This document shows positions 42,404 to 53,577 of a DNA stretch of 64,000 nucleotides, one piece after another. The position numbers were made by a program, and so were the translations under genes. The notes under the pieces are model-generated. The model made no database searches and was not told where the DNA came from. It saw nothing but the letters and a program-made list of their open reading frames with translations. Positions within the stretch are counted from its first letter, which is position 1; every line of letters begins with the position of its first letter. Source of the DNA: an uncultured Planctomycetota bacterium (GTDB lineage: Bacteria; Planctomycetota; Planctomycetia; Isosphaerales; Isosphaeraceae); assembly GCA_963823665.1 (NCBI GenBank), contig CAWGMQ010000006.1:896001-960000 (forward strand), given 5' to 3'.

Positions 42404-44335
42404 ATGATCCGCGCGAGCGGCCGTCCCTCTCTTGGTCCTCGCCGTGGCCACCGGGGCTATCTCCCTGGCCGTGGCCGTTACGCTCATATTCGGCGGTGTG
42501 CGTGCCGGAGCAGCCGCCCCTCAACTGCCTGCCGTGACCGTCGAGGCGGTCTATCCCGGGGCAACGGCCTCGGTCGCCGAAGAGAAGCTCGCCGCCCTGC
42601 TCGAGCAGCAGATCATGGGCGTCGAGCATCTGCGGTGGTTGCACTCGCGATGCGGCCGCGACGGCTCGTACCGGCTGGAGGTGACCTTCGACGCCGGCAC
42701 CGACATCGAGCTCGCCCAGCAACTCGTGCAGAATCGGGCCGGGCTCGCTCTGCCCGCGCTCCCCGCGGAAGTCCAGCGGCTCGGGGTCACGGTTCGAAAA
42801 CCGTCGCCCGGGCTGCTCATGCTCATCTGCCTCTCCTCGCGCGACGGCAGTTTCGGCGCCGTGGACCTGAACAACTATGCCAACATCATGCTGACGCCCG
42901 AGCTGGGTCGCGTACCGGGCGTATCTCAGGTGACCGTCCTCGGCGCGGAGGATTTCGGCGTGCGCATCCGGCTCGACCGGGACAAGCTGGCGGCCCGCAA
43001 ACTGACCGTCGAGGACGTGACGCGGGCGGTTGAATCGCAGGACCTTGACCTTGGGGCCAAGGTCGGTCGGCCGGCCGAACCCGGCGGAACATCCCACCTA
43101 CAGCCGAATGCGCGAGAGGGCGAGAGCCCGCTGGATCAGCTCGAGTCGATCGTGATCAAGACAGGCCCCGATGTTGGGGTGATTTGCTTGCGGGACGTGA
43201 CGACTTCCCGTGTGCGTTATGGTAGCGGTCTGGCGGGCTACGCGAGCCTCGACGGCAGGCCGGTCGCGGTGCTGGCGGTCTATCCGTTTGGCCCGTCGCC
43301 TCCGCGCGAGGTCAGCACCCGTGTTCGGGCGGCACTGGCGGAGCTGCGAAAGCTGTTCCCGCCCGGCGTTGAGGCGTCCACCGCCTTCGACTTCTCACAG
43401 CCGGAGACGGCCGAAACGCCGGGTTTCCTGGTGATCGACGTGAATCCGGGGGAAGGCGCCACAGCGGAATCGATCGCCGAGCTCCTGAGTCGAAGCGGGC
43501 AATCGGTGAGTGGCCTCGCAGGAGTTCGGAACGTGCTGGCGCTTGCAAAGCAGCCGTTCGATCGGGAGCGCGAGCAGCCCTGCCTGGTGGTGTGTCTCGG
43601 GCCGGCGAAGGGCGCGGCCGTCGACCGCGATCGGCTCGTCGGGGAGATCCGCGCGCTGTTCCCCCACGGCGAGAAGGCACCCGCCATCCGGATCCGCGAC
43701 CTCTCCGGGGCCGCTGGATCGCTGCGGTCCGGCTACCCCATCCACTTCGCGATCGTTGGACCGGATCGCGCCCTGCGCAAACGCTCGCCGGCGAACTGGT
43801 CACGCGGCTGTCGCAAGACCGGCGCTTGACCGATCTTTCGAGCGGCCCTCGGCAGGTGTCAGTTCCCTCGGTGGACATCGATCGGGCCAAGGCGGCGGCG
43901 ATGGGGGTGTCGCCGGCCGAGATATCAACGTGGATTCAGCCAGTATTCGGGCCGGCGCGGGCCGGCAGCCTCAATTGCTTCGGTCGAACCTTGCCGATCT
44001 GGGTGGAGGTCGACTTGGGGCGCGACATCGATATCAAAACGTTGGAATTGCTCAAGGTGCGCAACGACAAGGGCGGGATGGTGCCCTTCCGTTCGATTGC
44101 CACGATTCGCCAGGATCGTGCGCCCGACGGGCTCGAGCGGATTGATCTCCAGCCAGCGGTATCGATCACGGCGAGCCTCGCTGGGAAATTATCACTGGCC
44201 GAGGCGCGATTCGTCTGCGAGCGCCTGGCCGAGGAGGTGCTCCCGAAGGAGGGCACGTCGGACTATCGACTGGCCTGGCTGCGAGCGATGCCGGCTGCGC
44301 GGCGCCGGCCGGGCCGTAGGCGGCCGGGTGTCTGA
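42404..44335 (+). CDS. Short RND (AcrB-like) permease derivative with periplasmic subdomains only; frameshifts
   Basis: VTVEAVYPGA, VQNR...LP.EVQRLGVTVRK, VPGVSQV, IDRAKA, VRNDKGGMVP; no TM bundles. Confidence 0.65.
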
Positions 44336-44404
44336 GCGCCGGGAAGGTCTGACCCGCAGGACGGCGAACCCGCGGGGGGTATTCGGTAGCGGACACCTTT
44401 GTCC

Positions 44405-44845
44405 TCATTTGACCTCGTGGATCAAGTGGACCGTGATAATCGTAGGGTTGAGCCAGTCGAAATCGTGATCGCAGGTCAGAAGGTGCGCGTTGGTCGCTTT
44501 CGCCGTTGCTGCGATCCAGAGGTCGTTGTCCTTCGTGTTGTGCCCGCCTTGGAGGTCGAAGACGGTCAGGTCTGCGTAGGCGTCGACGATCTCGGGAATT
44601 CCTGCATCGAGCCGAACGACTTCGCCCAGCAATCTAGTGAGTTCAGCCATCCGAGCAGCGCCCCAGTTCCGCTGGCGAGAGAACCCGAGGATTTCGCCTT
44701 CGGTGATGGTGGAGATCAGCGGGCGGTCTGCCCGTGCCGTGAGCGCGAAGTGGTTTTCGATCAAGGCACCCGTCGGATCCCGCCTCGCGAGGTGAACCAG
44801 AACACTCGTGTCGAGCAGCACAAGCACATGGCTGGGGAGCATCAC
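44405..44845 (-). CDS. PIN-domain (VapC-like) nuclease
   Basis: LLDTSV, ISTITEGE, NDLWIAATA, LLTCDHDF. Confidence 0.9.
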   Translation of the reverse strand: MMLPSHVLVLLDTSVLVHLARRDPTGALIENHFALTARADRPLISTITEGEILGFSRQRNWGAARMAELTRLLGEVVRLDAGIPEIVDAYADLTVFDLQGGHNTKDNDLWIAATAKATNAHLLTCDHDFDWLNPTIITVHLIHEVK

Positions 44846-45786
44846 GAGGTGCGCTCCAGCCAGGCAGCGATTTCGTCGTCGGTCTCATCGCCGGGCCAGC
44901 GTCCTATGATCGCCGAGACGCCTGATCTCGGTCCCTGCTGGATGTGGAGCGATGACGGATCGAAACTCCGGGTTCGCGGCGGCGGTATGCGGGACCAAAG
45001 AGACGGTTCGCTCGCGCCCGCCTTGACCTCGTCGGCGTCAATCCGTAGCAGTCGCCCAGACGCCTTGTAGACCGCTCGCCCCAGAACCAGAACTCTGCGG
45101 TTGAGCTGAGCGGCGGCATCGACGATGCTGCCCGACACCAGGACGCCCCGCACCTCCTGTCCATCGTCGAGCCGAAGAGTGAAACTCTGAGTGCTCGCGC
45201 GGACCATGTCGAGTGTGCCCACGAGACGAACTCGTTGCGGGAGTGGACTGGTTGCTTGAAACTCCTCTGCCGACTGTAGCACTTGCGGGTTGATAACCGC
45301 CGACGGCATGCCGGGTCGGGTCGTGTCGAGTCGGAGGTCACGAAACGTCCCGTCGAACAGGTCTTTGAGGCGGACGAATCGGTGGAGCAGGCTCTTATCG
45401 AAGCGGTCGCTGTCCTCGTTATGTTCGGCGACATCTCGCACGACGTCGCCGAACAGATCAAGCCCGGTCAAGCCCGCATCAGGACGGGACGACCAGAAGT
45501 CCTGGTGCTGGTAGAGCTCCGCCGCGGCTTCACCCAGGGTTGGCGCCTCGAAGTAGAGAATCGAAGCGTCGTCGCCTTGGTGGTCAACGAACCGAAGATC
45601 GGCGGCTGCTTTCAACCAACGGGGACGCGGACCAGCAACGCTGCTGCGCCCTCGGAACGCCATCGACACCGATTGCCGAACGACAGCAGGAATAACCGTG
45701 AGCGTAAGGCCGAGCGCCTGGGGAGGTAGCCGGCGCCCATAATGCTGGTCGCTAGTCAGTGTGATCGTCTGGGTCACATGGCTCAT
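44842..45786 (-). CDS. Hypothetical 314-aa protein translationally coupled to the PIN gene
   Basis: ATG at 45786 with GGAG; 4-nt overlap with the PIN gene; acidic C-terminus GRWPGDETDDEI. Confidence 0.75.
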   Translation of the reverse strand: MSHVTQTITLTSDQHYGRRLPPQALGLTLTVIPAVVRQSVSMAFRGRSSVAGPRPRWLKAAADLRFVDHQGDDASILYFEAPTLGEAAAELYQHQDFWSSRPDAGLTGLDLFGDVVRDVAEHNEDSDRFDKSLLHRFVRLKDLFDGTFRDLRLDTTRPGMPSAVINPQVLQSAEEFQATSPLPQRVRLVGTLDMVRASTQSFTLRLDDGQEVRGVLVSGSIVDAAAQLNRRVLVLGRAVYKASGRLLRIDADEVKAGASEPSLWSRIPPPRTRSFDPSSLHIQQGPRSGVSAIIGRWPGDETDDEIAAWLERTS

Positions 45787-46336
45787 CGACTGGCTCCTTG
45801 GACGTCGCTGTCGTCCGGGCGGAAATGGGGCGGCAGGGCTGGCATCATAATACGCCAACGCCGAGCGCGCTGGGCGTCGATGTGTGCATTATACACGCTG
45901 AGAGTGTGGATTCGCATCTCGGTGCGTTAGACGTAACTCGGCGCCGGTGAGTTCGGAGGGGTGGTCGGATGTGTGCCGCTCACGACTGGCGAGTGATATT
46001 GCATACTCGCAGAAGCAACCCAATCTGGGGCGATTCGGGGAGCGGCAGGACGGCGCGTTGATCGGGGTCGGGATCGGTTTTCTCTGCGCGTCGCTTCACC
46101 GAAAGCGATTTTTCGGTTCCTGACACCTTATTCGGTTCCGTTGCAGGCCCAGTTCCCGCACTGCATAATGCTGAACTAGGGAACACATGGGCAGCGTGAC
46201 GTACCTCGCATGGTTCCGAGGCCCGCGTATGACGAGGCTTCGTGGCCGGCGATGGTAAAACATCGCGCGGACCATCGCAGCGCGGATTTTTGGTGTGATC
46301 GCGTGAGTGCACATTATAGTTTGTGAGTACTCACTC

Positions 46337-48121
46337 ATGTTCGCAATTAATGACGACGGCAGCTTCGTATTGCCTGCTGGTGCAGGTCAAGATTTCACGA
46401 AATTCCTCGAACAGAATGGCGTGGCGTGCGTCGGTGCCGGACAGGTCCGTACCCCATTTGATCCCGCAATCGTCCAGAAGCTGTATCTTGAGTGGGTCAA
46501 GCGGCGACAGCGACGTACTAGACGACGGATCATTATAACACTACTTTGTGTTGTAGGATTGGTCGTCGTGGTATGCACGATCGTCGTGGTCTGGCCGAAC
46601 CGGTCTGAACATGAATGGCGGGTCCGGGAGCCTACTTCGGAAGAACAGGTGCCCGGGGCGGATCCCCGCGACATTCTCGTTACCATGGGGTCTCCGCCGC
46701 CGCAGGCCCAGTTGGACACCGAGTGGAACCATGCCTTGCGCTTCCCAGCCGACCCGGAAGACGGCGCACCCCGGAACGTTGTCAAGAAGAGAGCCGAGCT
46801 GATACCCGTGCCGTCCGTGGTGATGGAGGTTGACCGCATCCTTGCGTCATTGGCTTTAGGAAACATCGCATACAACACCCCTTCTTCCATGCGTTGTGAT
46901 GAGAAGACCAAGATTCAGCTCCTTCTTTCACCGCGAACAGCTATTGAGGAGTTGAAGCAGAAGATCAGTGGTCTAGGTGAGAAAGTGGGTGAACAGATCC
47001 GAGTGGCTGATGTGATGGAAGCCGGTCTCTACGGCAAAGCTTTTGAAACGCACGCTCTCAGGCCAGAGCGGCAAGCGGTCAGTGGAGCTGACGATACCGA
47101 ATGGCAGTGGGAGATCGTGGCAAGAGAACCTGGGAATCAGGAACTTCATCTCGTCATTTCGGCTGTCTTGACCGTGAATGGCCGTGAGGGTTCCAAAGTG
47201 CTCAAGGTTTATCATCGAACCATTGATGTGCATGTGACAGCATCACACTTGACCAGAACTCTCGTGGCAACTCCCTGGTCATGGTTTTTTGCGACGATAG
47301 GAGCAATTGGGGCACTGGTGCTCGCGAGGTCAGTCGGATGGCGGCGGTCGCGTGGAGATCGACGATTCCAGAATGTCGTCGCAACCGAGGTACTCGTGGG
47401 GAAGATCAAGGTCCTGCTATTCGCCGCCAACCCGCGTGGGAGCGATCCGCTCGACCTCAATAGAGAATTTCGAGAAATCGACCAGGAAATCCGTTTTGGA
47501 AAGTACCGCGACGCACTGGAGCTCGTCATCGTTCCGGGAACCCGGCTGGTCGATCTTCTCCGTAAGCTCAACGAGGTTCATCCGAACATCGTCCACTTCA
47601 GCGGCCACGGCAACATCGATGAAGAGATCATTCTTGAGAGTGGGCAAGCAGACCTGGCAGGTCCGGAGAGCGAGAGGCGGTGGCCGGCTCGTGATATGCG
47701 GCGTTTGCAACCAGAGGATGACGCCGGCGGGGCCACCGCTCCAATGCCACTGAGCAAATCCGCGCTGGTTGACGTGCTCAAGGCTTGCAGCGACGAGAAC
47801 ATCCGCGTTGTCGTGCTCAACGCTTGTCACACGCGTCCGCAGGCCGAGGCGCTCTCGGAGGCCATTGACTGCGTGATCAGCATGAACGGGGCGATCAGCG
47901 ACGTGACGGCGATCAAATTCGCCTCCTCGTTCTATGGCGCCCTCGCATTCGGCCGTTCGGTCAAGAAAGCCTTCGACCAAGGCTTGGCTCGGCTGAAGGC
48001 CGAGGGCATCTCGGAGAGCCAGACTCCCGAACTGATCGTCCGCGCGGGGCTGGACTCCTCGGCGCTTGTTCTCGTCGGCCCCCGTGGCGGGCCCGAACCC
48101 AACAAACGTGTCACGAAGTGA
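46337..48121 (+). CDS. Membrane-anchored CHAT (caspase-like) domain protein
   Basis: Two TM segments; VLLFAANP, VHFSGHG, VVLNAC, FASSFY. Confidence 0.8.
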   Translation: MFAINDDGSFVLPAGAGQDFTKFLEQNGVACVGAGQVRTPFDPAIVQKLYLEWVKRRQRRTRRRIIITLLCVVGLVVVVCTIVVVWPNRSEHEWRVREPTSEEQVPGADPRDILVTMGSPPPQAQLDTEWNHALRFPADPEDGAPRNVVKKRAELIPVPSVVMEVDRILASLALGNIAYNTPSSMRCDEKTKIQLLLSPRTAIEELKQKISGLGEKVGEQIRVADVMEAGLYGKAFETHALRPERQAVSGADDTEWQWEIVAREPGNQELHLVISAVLTVNGREGSKVLKVYHRTIDVHVTASHLTRTLVATPWSWFFATIGAIGALVLARSVGWRRSRGDRRFQNVVATEVLVGKIKVLLFAANPRGSDPLDLNREFREIDQEIRFGKYRDALELVIVPGTRLVDLLRKLNEVHPNIVHFSGHGNIDEEIILESGQADLAGPESERRWPARDMRRLQPEDDAGGATAPMPLSKSALVDVLKACSDENIRVVVLNACHTRPQAEALSEAIDCVISMNGAISDVTAIKFASSFYGALAFGRSVKKAFDQGLARLKAEGISESQTPELIVRAGLDSSALVLVGPRGGPEPNKRVTK

Positions 48122-48632
48122 AATATAGGCGGACCGCGGATCCCACACAGGCGCTCAAACCGAACGCGGCCTCTTCTCCTCCGCCTGCTCGAGTCGCGGT
48201 CGAGCTGATGAAGGAACAGGCCGGGGGACGATCGGGCGGATCAATGAGCGATCCCTCTCAAGCTGAACTGCGGCGAGGCCGTGCATCCGGTTTCTGTCTC
48301 CGAATGATGGCACGGTCGGGTAAATCACGCGGGTGTTTTCGTTATCGCTCCGTTGGCTTGGCGTCTTTATCCCAGAAAAACCAGTTCCATATGCTGCGAC
48401 GGGTTTCTGAGCTCCGGAGGGATTCTCAAAAATCGCGAATGGCTCGAACGCGCCAGCGTCGGGCGCTGTTCTTTGTGACGAAATCCTTAAACCACGGAAC
48501 TCACGGAATGACACGGAAGTCGAGCAACGATTCGACGCCTAGGAGAACTGATGACACATTGGTTTCCGTGTGGTGCCGTGCAATCCGTCGTTCAGTGAAT
48601 TATCGCGGCTCGTGCTTCAAGTTTGGGCGCGT

Positions 48633-48720
48633 CGGTTCCTGACTCCTTATGGGGTTCATGCTCCAAGTATAGGCGGATCGGTTCCTGACACCTTTTCCGG
48701 TCTGACACCTTTTCCGGTCC
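48633..48720 (+). repeat. REP-like motif GGTTCCTGACACCTT, stuttered
   Basis: Copies at 48633-48650 and 48679-48720; also at 46114-46132 and 37021-37036. Confidence 0.75.
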
Positions 48721-48820
48721 GGACGGAATGAGGATTCTTGCTGGGATATGCAAAAGCCCCCATGCTAGCCCCTGGCGTGAGGCGGATGGACGCCTTATTA
48801 TCGGATTCGGAGAGTTCGCC

Positions 48821-49105
48821 ATGCCACGAGCGACTCAGTTCACCATCGGCTGGGGCATGATCGCGATTGCGATCATTGGGTACTTCTGTGCCTTCCCCGA
48901 ACTGGCCGTTCTTCTCGGGATCTTCGTGGCTGCGATTCTGTTTGTGTCGCCGGTCTTCGTGGCGGCTTATTTCACGCTTCGGTTCTTGCTCGGGGGCACC
49001 CCGAGAAATGGAAACTTCTCCTCAATTCGAGACACGGCTTCGGCTTCGAGTGCGTCTACCGAAGGCTCCGAAACGCCGTGCCGCTGGCAGATCTCGGCGA
49101 TGTAG
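48821..49105 (+). CDS. Small membrane protein
   Basis: QFTIGWGMIAIAII..., two TM segments. Confidence 0.5.
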   Translation: MPRATQFTIGWGMIAIAIIGYFCAFPELAVLLGIFVAAILFVSPVFVAAYFTLRFLLGGTPRNGNFSSIRDTASASSASTEGSETPCRWQISAM

Positions 49106-50282
49106 TCGCGCGGCTATTCGGTGGGGGTGTTGAGGTGGGGATGTTGAGTGCCAAGGGCTGAAGCCCGTGGCTATTGACCGAGGCCCCGTTGGGGCCGATT
49201 GAAACGCTCCGCGTGTGCGAGCGAACGAGAAGATTCACTTTCGCGGAGCGAAAGGCAACTCTGAAGATTCTGCCGCCGTGCGCGTGATAGGTGGCGACTC
49301 GATCGCATTGAAGGGGGCGATCTATCGATCGGATGACCGCGTGTGCGTTTTCATTCGACCGCGTGTTCACAATTAACAAAGAAAGCGCGCAAAGCCGCGG
49401 CTCCTGAGGTTGCAGCCGCTTCGGTTGAGTGATTGCACTTTTTTTGGACGCTTTTGTTGCCGATCGCTGAAACTGGACACATCTTATACATAGGGCAGAG
49501 TCTGCGAACGCGCGCTGCTGGCGCGACGGCTCCCCTTTGCTTTCGTACCTTCTCGTCGATCTCCACTCGCCCTGAGAACAGCGGTGAAATTCACGCACCG
49601 AGTGCAATCCAATGCAAACTACCGCGATGTGCAATGAGCTGAGACCAAAACCGAAACGCGGCCAGGCCTGGCCGTTGCGCAAGACGGCTCTGTCGCCCTG
49701 GCGGCTTTGCCGTGTCGTCGGTTGAGCGCATGGTTCGCTTCCCCGGACCGTGAACCGGGACGAAGGCGAGGCTCTTCAGTTTTGTGCTATCAAAAGATAT
49801 CATTTTTCGCCCGGGAAAGAAGCTGGTGGATCGACCGAAGCCCTTTTTGAATATGTACTTGCGGAGGGCCATGGACCCGCGTTGGCTAGGTGGAGCGCGA
49901 CGCAAGCCGCGCAGTGGCGATTCTGGGTCAACGCGCCGTGCTCGCGGCCGGCGTTTCTGCTTCGAATTCGGCCCGTGGCTCGCCAGTTCGACCGAGCGAG
50001 TGCGTTCCCGTAGTCCTTGTCGCGTAAGGACGCGCGACGAATGTACAAAACGAAGTGGTGGGTCAGGATGGACGGCGGCGTGTGCCTGCTACACCAGAGC
50101 ACTGGCCGGCTGGTTGGCGCGAACGGACGCGCATGCAGCGAACCATTTCTACCGCGTTCCCTCTCTACTTCCGTGGCCGCCACGGCACTCGCGAGCGCGC
50201 GGCTTGCCCGTGCAGCTCCAGCCTGTTAACGTACAATTCTGCGAATCGTTGGAACTGCAAATGCAGCCGGAACTTCCCGTTC

Positions 50283-51789
50283 ATGAGCCGTTACCGTCCG
50301 TCGCTTGAAGAGTTTCTTCCGTTAGCCGGATCGGCGCCGTGCATTCCGGTGTGGCGGCAGTTGACGGGCGATGGTCTAACGCCGGTCTCGGCGTTTCGTT
50401 TGATCGATCGCGGGCGGTTTTCCTTTCTGTTTGAAAGTGTCGTCGGCGGTGAGAAAGTCGGGCGGTTCAGCTTTCTCGGGACCGAGCCGTTCCTGCGGTT
50501 CGAGGCTCGCGGTGAGGATGCCGTGATCGAGACTGCCGACGACGCGATCGCGCCGCGGCGGTTCAAGTCGGCGGATCCCTTTCGCGTGCTCGAGCAGCTC
50601 GTCGCGAAATACCGGACCGTTCCCTTGAAAGGTCTGCCGCGGTTTGTGAGCGGGGCCGTTGGGTTCGCGTCGTACGACGCGGTGCGGTACACCGAGAAGC
50701 TGCCGGACGTTCCGCCGGATGACCGGGGTATTCCGGACCTTTCCTTTGCACTCTACGACCGGATGCTGTTGTTCGACCATATTCGCAAGACGGTGCTGGC
50801 GGTTGCGCTCGCGCACGTGGGCCCTGACGCGGACACGAAGGCGGCGTATGCGCAAGCCTGCGAGCGGCTCGACGAGCTTGTGGGGCGGCTCTCCGGGCCG
50901 GCGCCGGACCTGGGTTTGAGCGATATCGACACGGAGTCGCCTCTGTCACTTCAGCCGCGATCGAATTTCACGAAGGCGGAGTATGAGGCCGTGGTGCGCC
51001 GGTGCCAGGAATTCATCAAGGCCGGTGACATCTTCCAGGTGGTTCCCAGCCAGCGTTTCGCGGTCGAGACTCATGCCGATCCGTTCGACATTTACCGTGT
51101 GTTGCGGGTGGTCAATCCCAGCCCGTTCCTGTTTTACCTGCCGTATGAGAGTTTCTCGCTGATCGGCTGCTCGCCGGAGATCCTGGTGCGTGTCGAGGAC
51201 GGGCTGGTGACGATCCGCCCGCTGGCGGGCACGCGGCGGCGCGGCGTCGATTCAGCCGAGGACGAGGCGCTCGCGGAAGAGCTGCTGGCCGATCCCAAGG
51301 AGCGGGCCGAGCACATCATGCTGGTGGACCTGGGCCGCAACGACGTGGGCCGGGTCGCGGACTATCAAACCGTCGAGCTTTCGGATGTCATGAAAGTGGA
51401 GAGGTATTCGCATGTGATGCACATCACATCGAACGTGACGGGAAAGCTGCGCAAGGGGCAGACGGCCTTTGACGCCCTGCGGGCCGGGCTTGCCCGCCGG
51501 CACGGTCTCGGGTGCGCCGAAGGTCCGCGCGATGCAGATCATCGACATGGTCGAGCGCCAGAAGCGCGGGCCTTACGGAGGGGCCGTTGGATACATCGAC
51601 TTCACCGGAAACATGGATACGTGCATCGCGCTGCGGACGCTGGTGCTTCAAGGGCAAACGGCGTATATCCAGGCGGGAGGAGGGGTGGTTTACGACAGCG
51701 ACCCGTCCGCCGAGTACGAGGAGACAGTCAGCAAGGCGCGCGGGTTGCTGAAGGCGATCGAGATCGCCGAGAGAGAGCTGCACCGCTAG
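50283..51789 (+). CDS. trpE: Anthranilate synthase component I, one frameshift near 51490
   Basis: [72 protein letters not shown] in the next frame. Confidence 0.95.
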
Positions 51790-51814
51790 AGGCATTCCAT
51801 TCCCAAGTTGCTCC

Positions 51815-52597
51815 ATGTTATATGACCGGACGCTTGTCCAGATTCGTGAGCGACCATTTCTCGACTTGCTCGATCTTTCGCTGCATGTCATCCGGGCGAG
51901 GCCGCTCGCGCTCATGTTGCCCGCTTTGATCGGAATCGCGCCCTTTGCGGTGCTCAATGCGTGGCTTCTCTCCGACCCGAGCTTCTCGATGGTGTACTGG
52001 ATCATGCTGCTGGTTCTGGAGGTACCCTGGGCGACGGCCCCGCTGACCTTGGTGATCGGCGACCTGATGTTCGGAATCCCCGCGAGGCCGCGCCGCCTGG
52101 TCAAGACGCTGCTCGTGAGCCTTCCGGCATTGATCATGGGCCAGTTCATCGTCCGCGGCCTGTTCCTTCTCTGCGCCGTGTTCTATCCCGTGATGCCTAC
52201 GCAATATCCATTCTTGAACGAGGTGATCCTGCTGGAGCGGTCAGGTCCGTTCGAACAGTTCAAGCGCTCGACAATCCTCTGCAGCGGCTTTGGGTGGGAG
52301 CTTTTCATGCGCTGGATCGGCCAGCTTTTGCTCGGAGCGACCTTTGCGGTTTGCGTCTTGATGAGCGTGAGGACGATCGGCAGCGTAATGATCGGCAACG
52401 ACCTGACGTGGTACAGCCCGGGCATGACGGACCGGAACGGTCTGTTGTTTCAAGGGGCGGTCTGGATCGCGGTCGCATTCTTCGGGGTTTATCGCTTTTT
52501 TTCCTACATCGACAGGCGGATCCGGCTCGAGGGCTGGGAGCTCGATCTGCGAATCAAAGCGGTGGCCCGGGGGCTGGAGGCGAGAGGCGACTCATGA
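51815..52597 (+). CDS. Membrane protein of the MoxR-associated cluster
   Basis: TM segments; YIDRRIRLEGWEL. Confidence 0.75.
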   Translation: MLYDRTLVQIRERPFLDLLDLSLHVIRARPLALMLPALIGIAPFAVLNAWLLSDPSFSMVYWIMLLVLEVPWATAPLTLVIGDLMFGIPARPRRLVKTLLVSLPALIMGQFIVRGLFLLCAVFYPVMPTQYPFLNEVILLERSGPFEQFKRSTILCSGFGWELFMRWIGQLLLGATFAVCVLMSVRTIGSVMIGNDLTWYSPGMTDRNGLLFQGAVWIAVAFFGVYRFFSYIDRRIRLEGWELDLRIKAVARGLEARGDS

Positions 52598-53577
52598 TGG
52601 TGGTTCCCGCGTGGTTCGTGACGCTCGTTCTCTGTTCGGGGCTTCAGTTGGGAAACTCGCCTGCGCCGTGCGCGGCTGGTGAAGAGTGGGCTTCATTGAT
52701 CAGTTTCGGGGTGAAGGATTCGGCGGTTTTTGTTGCGCGACCGCTTTGTGATCATGGCGGCCGGGGTGCACCCCCTGTGGCCCCCCCTTCTGAAGGGGCG
52801 GAAGGATTGCGCGACATAGGCGGCATCCTGGATGCACCCCCCCTGGCGCCCCCTTCTGAAGGGGGGGAAGGTCGGGGGCCTGCAGCATCGGCGGGTCCAG
52901 TCCGCGAGGCGCTTCGGCGGGGGTCGTACCCGTGGTACGACTCGGGCGCGGATCGCTTGCGGCCGGTGTGGGCCCCGACGTGGCGCAAGTGGCTTGACGA
53001 CAAGCTCCAGGCGATCAGAAAGCGGATCGACCGTTTTTTCGAGGGTTCCGGCTCCGATGGGAGTTCTTCCGACGGCGTGAGAGCCGGCGGCGAGTACCTG
53101 GGAACCATGCTGCTCGCGGCGGTCCTGGCTGCGTTCTTCGTGTTTCTGATCGTGCTCTGGGTGCGCCGCGAGCCGTTCGACGTGGGATCGAGCGCGGCAC
53201 GATCGAGTGCCGGCAAGGGCCATCTTCTGGCGGCGCTTCCCGAGGAATTGGCGTCCGGTTTCGATGATCCGTGGGCCGAAGCCCAGCGCCGACGCAGTGC
53301 GGGTGATCTCGCCGGTGCGGTGATTTACCTGTTCGCGCATCAACTCTTGAGCCTTCATCGAGCGGGGTTGATCCGTCTTGCGCCGGGCTGGACGGGGCGG
53401 CAATATGTGCGCCGGCTGCAAGATCCGGTGCTGGTTGATTCGCTCCGGGCCACGGTGCGCCTGTTCGAGGAGATCTACTACGGCCACCGGCGGCCTTCGG
53501 CCCAGGCGTTCGAACAGGTCTGGAGCCGCGCACTTGCGCTTGAGGCGCGGCGCGGTGAGCTGGAGGCGTCGTCATGA
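52594..53577 (+). CDS. DUF4129 domain protein
   Basis: AVIYLF..L..L, TGRQYV, FEEIYYG; operon context. Confidence 0.8.
   Translation: MMVVPAWFVTLVLCSGLQLGNSPAPCAAGEEWASLISFGVKDSAVFVARPLCDHGGRGAPPVAPPSEGAEGLRDIGGILDAPPLAPPSEGGEGRGPAASAGPVREALRRGSYPWYDSGADRLRPVWAPTWRKWLDDKLQAIRKRIDRFFEGSGSDGSSSDGVRAGGEYLGTMLLAAVLAAFFVFLIVLWVRREPFDVGSSAARSSAGKGHLLAALPEELASGFDDPWAEAQRRRSAGDLAGAVIYLFAHQLLSLHRAGLIRLAPGWTGRQYVRRLQDPVLVDSLRATVRLFEEIYYGHRRPSAQAFEQVWSRALALEARRGELEASS
52732..52871 (+). repeat. Palindromic repeat element inside the DUF4129 ORF
   Basis: Matches the reverse complement of the units at 5205-5515. Confidence 0.75.

Noticed and set aside
49100..50280. Long intergenic region upstream of trpE as an attenuator or ncRNA
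   Set aside because: No convincing Trp-rich leader peptide with terminator, T-box or other recognisable RNA motif was found by eye.
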